A stretch of DNA of 64,000 bases, from positions 66,960,001-67,024,000 of the forward strand of contig NC_043000.1 in NCBI RefSeq assembly GCF_006345805.1, in the 5' to 3' direction. Position 1 is the first letter of the stretch, and every line of letters starts with the position of its first letter. Under the pieces are notes generated by a model that was not told where the DNA came from, ran no database searches, and worked only from the letters and a program-made list of their open reading frames with translations. Both the position numbers and the translations under genes were made by a program. The stretch comes from Octopus sinensis (taxonomy: Eukaryota). Below are positions 13,372 through 25,882 of this stretch, piece by piece.

Positions 13372-13591
13372 CCCTTTAGCATTCAAATTACTTTATCAAG
13401 TATAATGTTTATTTATTCACATCATTTTGAATTAATCCTGTATTATTTCATAACTTCAAGATTTCAGTGACATGATAATATATTTTTGGGATGACATTGT
13501 AGGGTAGGTGTGAGAGGCCAGTTCTAGCCAGTTTGAACACGAAACAGGTAGAATATTTAGGCCGGATCTGACTGGTTTAAATGCTGAAGGG
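13372..13591. mobile_element. piggyBac-like MITE. Related copies at 11541-11672, ~8335-8787 (split by an RTE tail) and ~23095-23300
   Basis: TTAA|CCCTTTAGCATT...AATGCTGAAGGG|TTAG. The 11541-11672 copy has TTAA on both sides. Confidence 0.75.
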
Positions 13592-15258
13592 TTAGGCTCA
13601 ACAACATCAGACATTCTTCTATCTATCAAAATGTTTAGCAGATTATAGTGAAAGTACTGTTGATTTCCCTTTTGTCCTAGTTCTGCTGGAGTTTGATCAA
13701 CTCCAGTTCAGTGTCCATTTCTGATTGAGTTTATGGCAGATCTAACCTAACAATGAATTAAGCTGTCATTTTCATTGATAGAGGACCATTAATTCAACCT
13801 TAATTTAATGATTATACAACTCATAAATACATAGTAGAATATTGCTCCAAGAGAAAAGGAGTAACTGGGAACTTTGTACCATGTACCTACTGTAAACTTT
13901 AGGTGCATGAAAGACACAATAAGATCACAGGCAGTCTGAGAGAGAATAAGAAATAACAGTTGCACAAGAGTTGTTAGCAGTTAGAACATCTATGAAATGA
14001 AATCTTTTAACTGCCTTCTAGGCTTGCTAGAAGTAATTCACAGCTTCTGTGACTTTGGTGACTTAATTAACAGTGGATTTAGGTGTTGTGAAAGCATTAT
14101 AGTCAGTGCAAAGACAGACGAAAAAGTTCACAGAATAATTACCTGTTGGTAACAAAGGGTTTTTTTCTTTGAGAGAAGGCAGATTCTCTGATGCTCAAGT
14201 TGAAAGTGTAATATGGCATTGGTTGCAAAGGATATGTAGGGCTGATATGAAATATAGCAAATATGCTCTGTTGGTTGTGTACATGAATAATGGAGCAAAG
14301 GTGAACTAAGGGAAAAGAAATATGCATCAGGGGAATTGGTTGTAAAGAAAGTTGTACTTGTATGACGGAGTGCTGAAAAGTTTCTGGCTTTAAGGGTGTT
14401 GTGAAAGGCCTGGTTGGGGGACCAACCTTCCGAGTTCTTTTACAGGGCTTAAAAAAACTGAAGGGCCACTTTAATAAGTGTGTGTGAATCTGATAGGGGA
14501 ATATATTAAATAAAATCATAATTAACTGATCCTCCTGTATTTTCTTTTACCCTAAGCCAGAAACTTTTCAGCACCCACCTCATTTTGATATTGATGCATA
14601 CAAACAATGATAGTTGGGTGAAAAAGTGTTAAACAATCCAACTGGAAGGAGCTTGTGGAATAAGCCTAAAGAAGATAACAGAAGTGATCTCAGACTGCTG
14701 GATGTCATAAAAGAGACAGCAAAAGACCACAAGTCAAGAGAGAGGCATTGGTGGTGCAAACTTATCTAACCCATATCTGTACAGAAAATACAAATCTAAA
14801 ATGATGATGATGATGGTTATCCCACAGTTCAGTAACACATTTCCAATTTCCACTTTTGTCCTAGATAATAGCTATTTGCCTTTGTTTGGCTGCTGTTAAT
14901 TCTTTAGGTTATTTTTATTTAGTTTTGATTTTTGATTTCCAACTCACTTCTTTTGATTACTGGATGCTGTTCCTTATATTCTCTTCTGTATCATATTTAT
15001 GATACTACTCTCTTGAGCTCATTTTACACTGATCTCCAAATTAGGTGGATGAGCTTGTGACCTCTTTGAGACTACCTGGTCTGAAAGTCAGTGTTGCTAA
15101 AACCAAAATCCTGTCAACTAGTTTTACAAATGAACAGAAAAACATGTTCATAGTCAATGCTGTTCAATTGCACATGATGGCTTATTAGATTTACTCTGAC
15201 CTGACCTACTGTTTGTTGGATAACTCTGTCTTGAAGCTTATTGTAATTCCACTATTCT

Positions 15259-15490
15259 TATTTCTTTATTGCCCACAAGGGGCTAAACGTGGAGGGGACA
15301 AACAAGGACAGATAAAGAGATTAAGTCGATTACATCGACCCCAGTGTGTAACTGGTACTTAATTTATCGACCCCGAAAGGATGAAAGGCAAAGTCGACCT
15401 CGGCGGAATTTGAACTCAGAACGTAACGGTAGACGAAATACCGCTAAGCATTTTGCCTGGCATGCTAATGTTTCAGCCAGCTTGTCGCCT
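15259..15490 (-). mobile_element. Full-length tRNA-derived SINE family C with 18-bp TSD. Other copies at about 12737-12960+, 18220-18350+, 32795-32990+, 43715-43905+, 55385-55520+, 58900-59040+, 61705-62125+ (two), 63690-64000+ (two)
   Basis: TSD ttgtaattccactattct at 15241-15258 and 15491-15508. B-box gagttcaaattcc. The central gcctttcatcctttcggggtcgataaattaagtaccag resembles a conserved SINE core domain (Meta/Deu-type assignment not verified). Confidence 0.88.
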
Positions 15491-15974
15491 TTGTAATTCC
15501 ACTATTCTGATGTATGGAACATAGGTGGTAAGCTAAATGGCTAGGCTTTATGTCTCTCTCTACCTAAGAACTATTATGCATACTCTATATACCTAAAAAC
15601 TATAATGTTCACTCTGACATACAGTGGTTCATTGTATAGCAATTGTATTTCTGTAAGTGCTTAGTAAATGGCTTAATTGCATGTGGCAAGATCCCTTGGT
15701 TAGAGAATTATATTTGTTACTTAGTTGGAAAAGAGCTATAATATTCACTAATATATGACTGAACAATAATATAAGTTTTAGTGGAAACAAAAGTAGTTCA
15801 GAAAGACATTACCAATGTAAACAACAATGTAAAACAAACCATTACTACTGCACCATTACTATCAAAAACAATAATGAAATTAAAATGATAATGAAGATGA
15901 AAAACTTCACAAGTAAAAAGAGAAAGAATTGCTATAAAAGAAGTAAAAATATTGAGAAAAAAATCAGACTTTTA

Positions 15975-16552
15975 TCTAAATATAACAAAACAAAATCATC
16001 AATAATGGGAAAATAGATAAGAACAAGGAGTGAACTCTAACTATTTGGCAGTACTTTTAAAGGAGCCTGCAGCATGGAGAGAGTGGGATCAAGTGCTGTT
16101 ACGCTTATCTCACTTCCTGCAAGAGGTACACTATATGGAATGATTATCTTCCACAAAGTTCACAAAAATAAAAGACCTGAACTTGAGGAACATGATACCC
16201 TGTATAGCATCAACAATAAAGTAGAAGTTGAATAACAGCAGCTCATACATTCATGAACATATGTTATGACCATTTCTATCAAAATGCAATATGCAGATGT
16301 AGAGCCTACAGTGGCACTTGTGCAACAAAAGGGTTTCTTTTTAAAATTAACATAAAAGGTAATGCAGCAGTTACTAAAGTTACTTCAAGTTGAAGCCACT
16401 TTGAAGTAACTTTATCTCAAGTTAAACATAACAGCAGTTGATCCCACTCTCTCCATGTCTGCTGGCTCCTTTAGAAGTACTGTCACGTAATTAGAACTTG
16501 ATCCTTGTTCTTATCTATTTTCATTTTATTCATGATTTTGTTGTTTTTATTT
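15975..16552. repeat. Foldback/MITE with ~140-bp diverged inverted arms
   Basis: 15975-16110 is the reverse complement of 16410-16552 (e.g. aaaatagataagaacaagga, catggagagagtgggatcaa). Confidence 0.8.
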
Positions 16553-18646
16553 AGGTGAAATTTGGATTTTTTTTTTTGTTATCATGCAGGCATTAGTGAA
16601 AGCAGAGTATTGTAATCACTTGTCTTTGTCTGCGTGTTTGCAAAATTACTGAACGGATTTCAGTTTTATAGAAATTTCTTTCAAAATCCCTGTATTTTGT
16701 TTTTCCCACATTAACTTGTGTAGGTTGAACTTTGTAAAATGTTAAGAGAAAGAAACCCAGCTGTTTCTTGCAATACATAACCAATACATACATCAAAAGC
16801 AGGGGTTCTCAACCATTTTTTATCTATGGACCCCCTTTGATTGCTATTTTATTCTGGTGGACCCTCAAAGCCATTCAATAATTAAAAACTAGCTTTATAG
16901 AAATTTCTTTCAAATTTCCTATTTTGTTTTTCCCACATTAACTTAAAAAGCACCATCCGAATCGTGGCCGAAGCCAGTGCCGCCTCATCCGGCTTCCGTG
17001 CCGGTGGCACGTAAAAAGCACCAATCCGACCGTGGCCGTTGCCAGCCGCGGGTGGCACGTAAAAAGCACCCACTACACTCACAGAGTGGTTGGCGTTAGG
17101 AAGGGCATCCAGCTGTAGAAACATTGCCAGATAAGACTGGAGCCTGGCGCAGCCCTCTGGCTTCCCAGATCCCCGGTCGAACCGTCCAACCCATGCTAGC
17201 ATGGAGAACGGACGTTAAACGATGATGATGATGATTTTCACCATATTTGGCAGAAATACTCATTGGGTGAATGTCTCATAATTATGAAAATTTGGTTTGA
17301 TTATCTTCAAACATACATAAATACTTATATAGCAACTGTGTGTGCGTGTGTACAGTGATGGATTTGAGGGTTTCGTTTACTTACAAGTTGATTTCTTAAT
17401 TTCACCGAAGTATTAATACCTATAATGGTTTTAATTAAAAAGACTTTGGTTTGACCTGAGGTTATTAGTAGAAGACACTTGCTCATGGTGCCACTCAGTG
17501 GGATTGAACATGGAACCATGTGGTTGAGAAGCAAACTTCTTACCACACAGCCATGCCTATGCCTATAAATATTAATTATTTGTACTTCTAAAATTATTGA
17601 AGCATACCAACTAAATGTTATTTATCTTTAAATACAACATTCATTTAAACTTCTGTTTTCATGTGCTATGCTGTGTTTAGTTTTGTACTTGTTGTATTGA
17701 TCCTGTTTGTTGAACCACTAAGTTTAGGAATACATTAACACCACGATTTTTTTAGACCAGTGTAAACATAAACACTGATATATGCACATATACATATATG
17801 AGGGTGTGCTGAAAAGTTTCTAGATTTGGGTAAAAGAACATACAGGAGGATCACTTAATTATGATTTTATTCAACAGATTCACACACTTATTGTAGTGGT
17901 CCTAAGTCCTGTAAAAGAACTTGGACGGTTGGACCTCAAACCAGGTCTTTCATGATACTCTTAAAGGCATTTGCACAATGTCTTTCTACTATATTTCACA
18001 AAGTGTTGGTCATCCCAAGGCTGTTGTAGAAGACACTTGACCACAGTATCATGCAGTAGATAGATTGAACCTGGAAGCACATGGTTGTAAAGATAACTTC
18101 TTAATGATACAGTCATGCCTGTGCCTTGTATGATGGTGACCTTAAATGAAAATATTTGACAGAAATTATGTCATTGTTACTTGCCGTGATATGTCTTGAC
18201 ATTGATAGTAGTGTAAGAGGTAAACTGGCAAAGTTGTTTGAATGTCAGAACAATTTGTGGTATTTGTACCAGCTTGCTGTGCTCTAAGTTCAAATTCTGC
18301 TGAGGCTTACATTTCCTTTTAACCTTTCAGGCTTCATAAATAAAGTACTAGTCCAGAACGGTGTATTCACAAAATTTTGTCTGTTCAAAGCTAATCTTGT
18401 CACTGGAAAAAAATGGATGACAAGCTTAGGGGGATCTTGAGCAAGTGCCTGAGAATTTCAGCTTGTTAACATAAATGGTAGTTCACCAGCTGGCGGGAGA
18501 GACAGCAAGAAGACTTTAAAAGGTTCTTCACAGTCTCTCCTCTTTCTTTCTCTTCTCTCCCCTCCCTCTTTCACACACAAACATGCACACAAAGTAATGT
18601 TTCATTATGCCTTTTTTTCTATATTTTCTTTTTTTGTTTTTTTCAG

Positions 18647-18785
18647 AGACTGCCTTTCTTCCATGGAAAAAGGCATTGAACTTTCAAAGAAACAGATTGT
18701 TCTTATAGTTTCTCAAGTCCAAACATTACTCGATATGCGTCAAGTAATGTGTGCTGGACCATTTCTCTATGCTTTTATACGAGAA
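18647..18785 (+). CDS. CDC45: CDC45 exon: DCLSSMEKGIELSKKQIVLIVSQVQTLLDMRQVMCAGPFLYAFIRE
   Basis: tttcag|...|gtaagt. Contains G.ELAKKQ and GPFLY motifs. Confidence 0.96.
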
Positions 18786-18924
18786 GTAAGTACTTAAAAT
18801 TATTTTTTTTAAAACAAATGTTACTTGTTCAGATCAAAGTAGTTAATATTTTTTGATATGTATACACGAAAAAATTCATCTGCAAACATGAACAGGGTGG
18901 AATGAATTATCTGTAAACGTTAGA

Positions 18925-19395
18925 AGACCCGGTAGGACAAGTGAGACCATAACCCGTGGCCTCTACCTGGGATGTAGCCAGTCCACTTATGCATACCTTT
19001 CCTTCTTGGGACACAAAACTATACTTGCGAAGACCTGTTGAGGCAAGTGAAATCGAAATCGATCAAAGTCAATGGAAATTGTAGTTGTGATACCAGTGCC
19101 GGTGGCACGTAAGAGAACCATCTGAACGTGGTCGTTGCCAGCGCCGCCACGACTGCCTCCGTGCTGGTGGCACGTAAAAAGCACCATCCGATCGTGGCTG
19201 TTGCCAGCCTCGTCTGGCACGTAAAAAGCACCCACTACACTCATGGAGTGGTTGGCATTAGGAAGGGCATCCAGCTGTAGAAACACTACCAGATCAGACT
19301 GGGCCTGGTGCAGCCTTCTGGCTTCCCAGATCCAGTTGAACCATCCAACCCATGCTAGCATGGAAAGCGGACGTTAAACGATGATGATGATGATG
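18925..19395 (+). mobile_element. RTE 3'-end fragment. Other copies at about 3330-3700+, 4200-4370+, 5150-5390-, 5990-6235+, 8340-8620+, 12170-12400-, 16945-17235+, 24885-24993+, 34545-34855+, 37900-38100-, 50560-50730+, 60100-60495-, 60718-61115-
   Basis: Shared ...ttaggaagggcatccagctgtagaaac...aacccatgctagcatggaaa.cggacgttaaacgatgatgat terminus, the same as the 3'UTR of the ORF-bearing RTE copies. Confidence 0.9.
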
Positions 19396-19426
19396 TTTTC
19401 AATAACCAGTTGTCCTCAAAGAAGTA

Positions 19427-20425
19427 TGAGGAGTGTTCATTAAAGATTTCCCCTCACCCACTTCCCAAGGACTGGGATAAGCGAAACTTAGCATAATTAT
19501 TAGTCCTTCTCTTCATAGCCACTACCAATGGTGACACACTTCTCCCACCACTTTATGCAGCTGGGAAGACCTTGTTTGCAGAAGTTGGTTGGGTGTGTCT
19601 AGAGCAGGGGTGGGCAAACTTTTTTGATCGCGGGCCGCACAGTGCGTCTTTGGAACCTTGGCGGGCCTCATTTATAAAAATCAAGTGAAAATATTGTGAA
19701 TTACCGTACAGTTACGAAGTATCTGCATAGAAGTTGGGATTCATAAAAGCTCTCGGCGGGCCGCATGAAAACCTATGGCGGGCCGCATGCGGCCCGCGGG
19801 CCGTAGTTTGCCCACCCTTGGTCTAGAGCCAAGACTTTACCTTGGAAATAGTTCATCATCATCCGAAATGTACTTCCTCTTCAAAAAAGACTTCATGGTT
19901 GGAAAGAGGTGGCAGTCAGATGGTGCAAGGTCAGGAGAGTAAGTGGGATGAGAAAGGATTTCATAGCCACAGGAGTGTGCTTTCATCTGGGTAACATGCA
20001 CATTGTGAACTGGGGCTTTGTTTTGGAGGAGGTGGACTTCTTTGGTCAGCATGCCATGTCTCTCTGCTTTAATGGCGTCCCATAATTTCTGCAGCAGAGA
20101 AGCATAATATGCCCTGTTAATTGTTGTGCCCTTTGCCAGAAAATCCATCATCACTACTTCACGTTGGTCTCAAAAAACTGTGAACATCACCTTGCCTGCT
20201 GAGGATTGGACACAATTTTTTGGGGTTGGTTAGCTACCATGCTTCCATTGCTTCAACTGGACTTTAGTCTCAGGGTCATAATGATGGATCCATGTTTTAT
20301 CCTGTGTGATAAGTCTGCCAAAAAATTCCGCCTTGTTTTCTTGGCACATTGCCAAAAGAGCCTGGGAGCAATTGACTCATTCCTGCTTCCAAAAAGGAAA
20401 AGGTGTGAGCATCCAGGGAATCCAT
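19427..20425 (-). mobile_element. Decayed mariner (DD34D-type) transposon, 3' portion
   Basis: ITQDKTWIHHYDPETK...HPTYSPDLAPSDCHLF...WWEKC. TA plus TIR-like gaggagtgttc at 19425. Smaller mariner-like ends at ~14363-14480 and ~17796-17970. Confidence 0.88.
19605..19820. mobile_element. hAT (Buster/Charlie-type) MITE inserted in the mariner
   Basis: 16-bp TIRs caggggtgggcaaact / agtttgcccacccttg. Exact 8-bp TSD gtctagag at 19597-19604 and 19821-19828. Confidence 0.93.
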
Positions 20426-21153
20426 GATGCAGACAACTTCAGTCCCACTGTGTGACACCTTGGGCAAGTGTCTTCTGCTGTAACCTTGGGCCAACTAAAG
20501 CCTTGTGAGTGGATTTGGTAGACAGAAACTGAAAGAAGCCCATCGTGTATATGTATATATTTGTGTGTCTGTGTTTGTCCCTCCACCATCACTTGACAAC
20601 TGATGTTGGTATGTTCATTTCCCTGTAACTTAGTGGTTTGGCAAAAAGAGACCGATAGAATAAGTACTAGGCTTACAAAGAATAAGTCCTGGGGTCGATT
20701 TGTTCGACTAAAGGTGGTGCTCCAGCATGGCTGCAGGCAAATGACTGAAACACGAATAATAGTTTGTTAGCATTGAAATCAAGCTATATTCATTGTATAT
20801 ACTCAAATGAACTGTGCACAAAACATTGATGTCTTAGTTAATCCCTGCTTCTTGCAGAACAAATAGTTATGAAAGAGATGGTTCATATATTGCAGGTTAA
20901 CAAGGCATCTTAAACATGTGTTACAAAAGCGATTTTATTATTTCTTTAGCACACATAAGAGGATGAGCTCAGCAATGGTTTAATGTTGCAAAACTCAACA
21001 ACTTTAATATAGATGAAGGAGGTACTTCACATCTCAACATACCATAAGAGGGTGGTTATGCGCTCACTTAACTTGCAAGAAACAGCAGCTAAATCTTACT
21101 CAAATGATACAGTATAATTTTGAAAATGGACATGTTTTTTTTTTCTCTTTTAG

Positions 21154-21228
21154 GGTTCTTCTGATGCATACAAACCCCAGTGTTTGCAAAGGTTGGCTAG
21201 ATTTGTTCTTGAAGCTTATGAAGCTGGT
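21154..21228 (+). CDS. CDC45: CDC45 exon: GSSDAYKPQCLQRLARFVLEAYEAG
   Basis: ttttag|...|gtaagt, phase 0 to 0. Positional match to [22 protein letters not shown]. Confidence 0.9.
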
Positions 21229-22335
21229 GTAAGTTGTTGAGAATTATTTCCTTTTCAAATAAAAGATAAAAACTTTTTCCTTTTTAAATATATATTTGGT
21301 AAAAAAAATTTTGTCTCTGTTGAAACAAACTCAAATCATAGTATGTATTAAACATACAAATTATTCATTTCTTTATATATTTGTGTTAGCTTTCATGTTT
21401 TTCTGTTTCCCACATTTTACCTATAGAAAAGTATAAAAAAATTTATTTTGACAATAGGCATATATCTACATTCAGTAAAGCCTCCTTTAAGTGTATTAAT
21501 ACAGAAAATAGATCTGTATTTTCTAAGACATTTCAAAATGTCATAGAAGGGAAAAAATGGATAGAAATTATGGAAATACGGGTAAGAAAGTTTCTTTTTC
21601 ATGTTTGTTTTATCATACATTAAAAAAGAAAGGAGGGATTTTGAAAACCTGGAAGAAAGTAATAAAATGCCATAAGAAAGAGAAATATCTGAATGTAATC
21701 CTGTAAAATAGTAAAAAGGAAGTTGAACTTTCTCTTTCTATTTTTGTACAATGTAATAATCTTTAGTTTTGTTTATTATTTTATTATAAAAGTAGAAAGG
21801 TGAAGCTACTTGTTTACAAGCTGAGAATATTTCTCAGCAGTTAACTGGAATATCAAATTTAGGTCATGACTGAAATTATTTTCACAAACTGGAACTGCAC
21901 TAAGGAGGCTAAGAAATTACTATATTTTATTACATTATCAAAGTTTAGAAATTACCACATTTGGGTACAACAGGCAAAGTCAAAATATAGTTGGAATTTA
22001 TTTTGCTATATTATATACTAGAAGGGAAGATACAGGTGTAGAATCCTAGAATATTCTTAAGTAGTGAACCTGGAAAAGAACAGGACAAGCAACAATTAAG
22101 CCTAGAAAAATACAGGTCAAGAAGAAAAAAAATGTTTGTAAACAGGTTCTTGCATAAAATTATGATAATCTAAATATGACCACTTTAAAATGAGAGACTC
22201 ATTAGCATGGAACCAAAGGTCAAAAAGATTAAGCATCTTTTCACATATCACTTATGACCCTAAAATGTATGTGCATGATGTAAAATGTATGATTGTCTCT
22301 TTTTATTTAATAAAAAGATTGTTTTTCTATTTCAG

Positions 22336-22451
22336 AGACCCAGTAAAAAAGCTCGATATCTTCCGATGATATTGTGTGCACCATACAACATTGACCAACA
22401 TATTTCTATAGTTATTGGAATTCCACCCTTGAATTTAGATGATCAAAGAAA
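22336..22451 (+). CDS. CDC45: CDC45 exon: RPSKKARYLPMILCAPYNIDQHISIVIGIPPLNLDDQR(N)
   Basis: tttcag|...|gtaaga. Contains LP...AP and V.GIPP motifs. Confidence 0.96.
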
Positions 22452-22638
22452 GTAAGAAACTTAGTTTCTTTTTCATATAATGTTTGTTCTTAACACAGCT
22501 AAGTCAGCTTCTTATTCTTTTCTCTTGCTATCAAAAATTTGTTGTAGCAAATTTTACTTAAAGGCATTCATTATAGTTTCTTTTAATTTCTGATGTTACA
22601 TATGAAATATAAAAAAAACCCAATTAATTATTACCTGA

Positions 22639-22959
22639 AGGCTCATGGCTCAGAGCGTCAGGCTCACAATCATGAGGTAGTTAGTTCGATTCTCAGACCG
22701 GGCTCTGTGTTGTGTTCTTGAGCTAGACACTTTATTCCACATAGCTCCAGTTCACTCAACTGAAGAAATGTGTTGTGACGTCACTGGTGACAAGCTGTAC
22801 TGGCCTTTGTCTTTCCTTTGGATAACAACGGTGGTGTGGAGAGGAGAGGCTGGTATGAACAACTGCCAGTCTTCCACAAAATAACCTTGCTCGGACTTGT
22901 GCCTCAGAGGGTAACTTTCTAGGTACAATCCCATGGTTATTCATGACCGAAGGGGGTCT
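22639..22959 (+). mobile_element. tRNA-derived SINE family D, single full-length copy
   Basis: tRNA-like head (tggctcagagcg...ctcacaa...agttcgattc). 11-bp TSD with one mismatch, ttattacctga / ttattatctga, at 22628-22638 and 22960-22970. Confidence 0.75.
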
Positions 22960-23845
22960 TTATTATCTGATGTGATGTGATATCTAATTCCTCACTTTGG
23001 CATGTTAATCAATGAGAATAACCAGGTTATCTATGATTACGCAGCTCTATTATTAAAAAGTGTTCTCCATACCATAACACAGGAGCTTACCCCTTTAGCA
23101 TTTGCATTACTCTGTCAAAAGTAAAGCTCATTTATTCACATTGTTCTGAGTTAATCATGTATTATTATTTTTGTTTTGAGATGTTGATGATGTGGGTTTT
23201 TGAGAATGACATTGTAGGGTAGGTGTGGGAAGTCAGATCTGGCTAAGTTCAACATAAAACAGGTAGAATATTTGGGCCTGGTATGACAAGTTTAAATGGG
23301 AACTTCTGTATATTGATGACCTAGTTCTCAGAGCCGAATCTGTCAAACAAAAAGAAATTCCAAGCTTAGAAGCAAAGTTATATATAGGTTAACTAATTAA
23401 ATTCTGAGTTAATATTGTATTTATCGTAATAAACTTCTATTTATATTAGACTAAAATCAGTAAGATTTTACTAATTAAGTTCTTAGTTAAAATATGTACT
23501 GCCTCTTTTATTAATGAAATTAGGTTCTACAGTGATTTTGGATTCATCAAAACTAACTGAATGTGATATTTTTTACTTACCTACCTACCTTCCTTCCTTT
23601 TGATAATGTCTGTTATCATTTTATGTGGTTGTATGTGTATATAAAAACGTTTGATTAATACTTATCTAAATTGCTTGTGTTTTTAGCCTGGGGTGCTGGT
23701 GTAACAACCTCTTTGGTTAAAAACGCTAGAAACTGAAAATAAATTTCAGGCCAGACTTATTTTTTATCTTGAGTGTCAGAGGAATAAAAGTAGAACAATT
23801 AAGACATAAAATAGTATTTTGAGGGTGATTTCTTTCTCATTTCAG

Positions 23846-23922
23846 TTTTTTTGGAAAGGCATTTGAACAAGCAGCTTTGGCTACAAATTCTCGGATATTA
23901 CACAACCATTTTGACAACTTCA
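23846..23922 (+). CDS. CDC45: CDC45 exon: FFGKAFEQAALATNSRILHNHFDNF(I)
   Basis: tttcag|...|gtaagt. Matches NFFGRAFE.AA...R.LHNHFD. Confidence 0.98.
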
Positions 23923-25671
23923 GTAAGTTATTATTTTCTGCTAATGACTGAGTGGAGGAATGTTTGAATAGTTTTGAATCTAAGCAATATATTAAAACCC
24001 ACCACCATGGATTTCTATTTTTGACCTTTTATTTGTCAAAGTTGTCAAGTCCTGAACTCAGACTGCCAACTATCTGTCACTGCTTTATCAGCAAAGCTAT
24101 TCAAATACCTCTGTAAATTCTCATTGCAGAACCACAGTTAGCCCTGATTCAACAACTTATAAATTGCCTAGAATTGTTTTATTTCATTAAGGTACACATA
24201 CTAATTTTTGGACAGCTCAAAGGTTAAATTGATAATATGAATCTTTCAAATGTAATGGCATTAAGGAATCTATATACTTACCTATGTGCCTACCTATCCA
24301 CCCATACATACATATTCCAGAATTTCCTAATATATATTATGTAATATATGTACATATTGATATAACTCTGTGTTTAAGAAGTTTGCTTCCCAACCACATT
24401 TGGTTCAGTCCTAGTACATGGTACCTTTTGTCAAGTATCATCTGTTTTAGTTCTAGGTCAATCAAGGTCTTGTGAATGAATTTGGGTGATGGAAAGTGTA
24501 TGTGTTTGTTTCTTCTTGTGTTGCAGTCATACAAGCAGTGTCACTTTTCTAATATTCTTTGAAAGCATATTTGACCATAGGGAAATATTACTTTGCTTGA
24601 GGATTGGTGATAGCAAAAGCATCTGGCTGTAGAAAATTTGCCTCAGTAAACTCTTACCAGGCATGGAAAAGTAGACATTAAAATGAAAAGGATAACCATG
24701 TGGTAAAGAAGTTTGCTCCCCAATCATATGGTTTGGGGATCAGTCCTTCTGTGTAGCATTTAGAGAAAGTGTTTGTCTACAACAGCAATGGGTCAACAAA
24801 AGCCTTGTGAGTACTTGTAATAAACAAAAGAACATGTGTTTTATATGTTAGTAGGAAGTGGTGTGTAAAGTAAAGTTTTTAGTCAATGCCAGATCAGACT
24901 GAGCCTGGTACAGCCTCTGGCTCACCAGTCCTCAGTCAAACTATCCAACCCATGCCAGCATGGAAAGTGAATATTAAATGACGATGATGATGATTGAATT
25001 ATTCTATAGACTTTTTCTCAAATTTTGTAGACTTTTACAGGTTTCTAAAGTAACAGAAGCATTCTCTGGAGGTGGGCTGGGAAGTCCATGGTTTGCTGTT
25101 ACCTACTGCATTTTTAGTTTAGTTTAATACAACTTGATGTCCATAGTCTTGAATGGGCCTCTCAAAATTCCATTTGTGCGATTATATGACAACTGATAAG
25201 TCAGCTGTCTCAGGTCCTAATGCCATTGAGTGATGAACCTCAGCTAGGAAACTTTTTATCTTAGGTCATCATAACAATATATATAGGGGAGGCAGGACAT
25301 CAAAAATGACTAGTGACTTGAATGCCATAATACCACCCAGAATGTGGAGCATGGTGTGTTTATCATAACACCTGCTTGCAGTATGATTGTATTGTAGAAA
25401 CATTGAGTGATACCAAAAAAAAAGGGTCTGTCAAAGGCATTCTCTATTACAATGAAAGCACTGTAGAGTTGTTTATAAGTCCTGTATCTTTATTCACACC
25501 AGAGTGCTTATGTTAGTATATAGGGAAAAAAGAAAAACATTATCTCAATATTGATACAGTGCTTGGTATTCCTCTTCACTTTCTTATGTAGTTCTTTGTT
25601 TTAAACTTGATACGCTGTTTTTTTTTATGTTCTTGAGTTCATATTTTTTTAAAAAAGTACTTTCTTTTCAG

Positions 25672-25736
25672 TTTTACTAATAAACACTGAAGACAAAGAG
25701 AAGTTTTTCGATGCTCTGATTAATATATTGCAGTAA
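25672..25736 (+). CDS. CDC45: CDC45 last coding exon: LLINTEDKEKFFDALINILQ*
   Basis: ttttcag acceptor and TAA at 25734-25736. Resembles [20 protein letters not shown]. Confidence 0.95.
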
Positions 25737-25876
25737 AAAGAGGAAACTGAACATTACATCCATGATGATAGTGTGATGTTATCTGTTGATCCTGAAAGTT
25801 GTACAAAACATTTTAATCCTTTATCATTATTCACATCATTGTTTTTATGATTCAGCATTTGTATGATATATGAAAA

Positions 25877-25882
25877 AATAAA
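25877..25882 (+). terminator. Probable CDC45 polyadenylation signal AATAAA
   Basis: First AATAAA ~140 nt after the stop, followed by T/GT-rich downstream sequence. Confidence 0.6.

Noticed and set aside
16945-17080. CRISPR-like repeat-spacer pattern (gtggcacgtaaaaagcacc)
   Set aside because: Lies inside dispersed RTE 3'UTRs in a eukaryotic intron. Spacers are related to each other and there are no cas genes.
22639-22715. Possible tRNA gene (also the heads of SINE families B and C)
   Set aside because: No complete cloverleaf. The sequence continues into a SINE body with a TSD.
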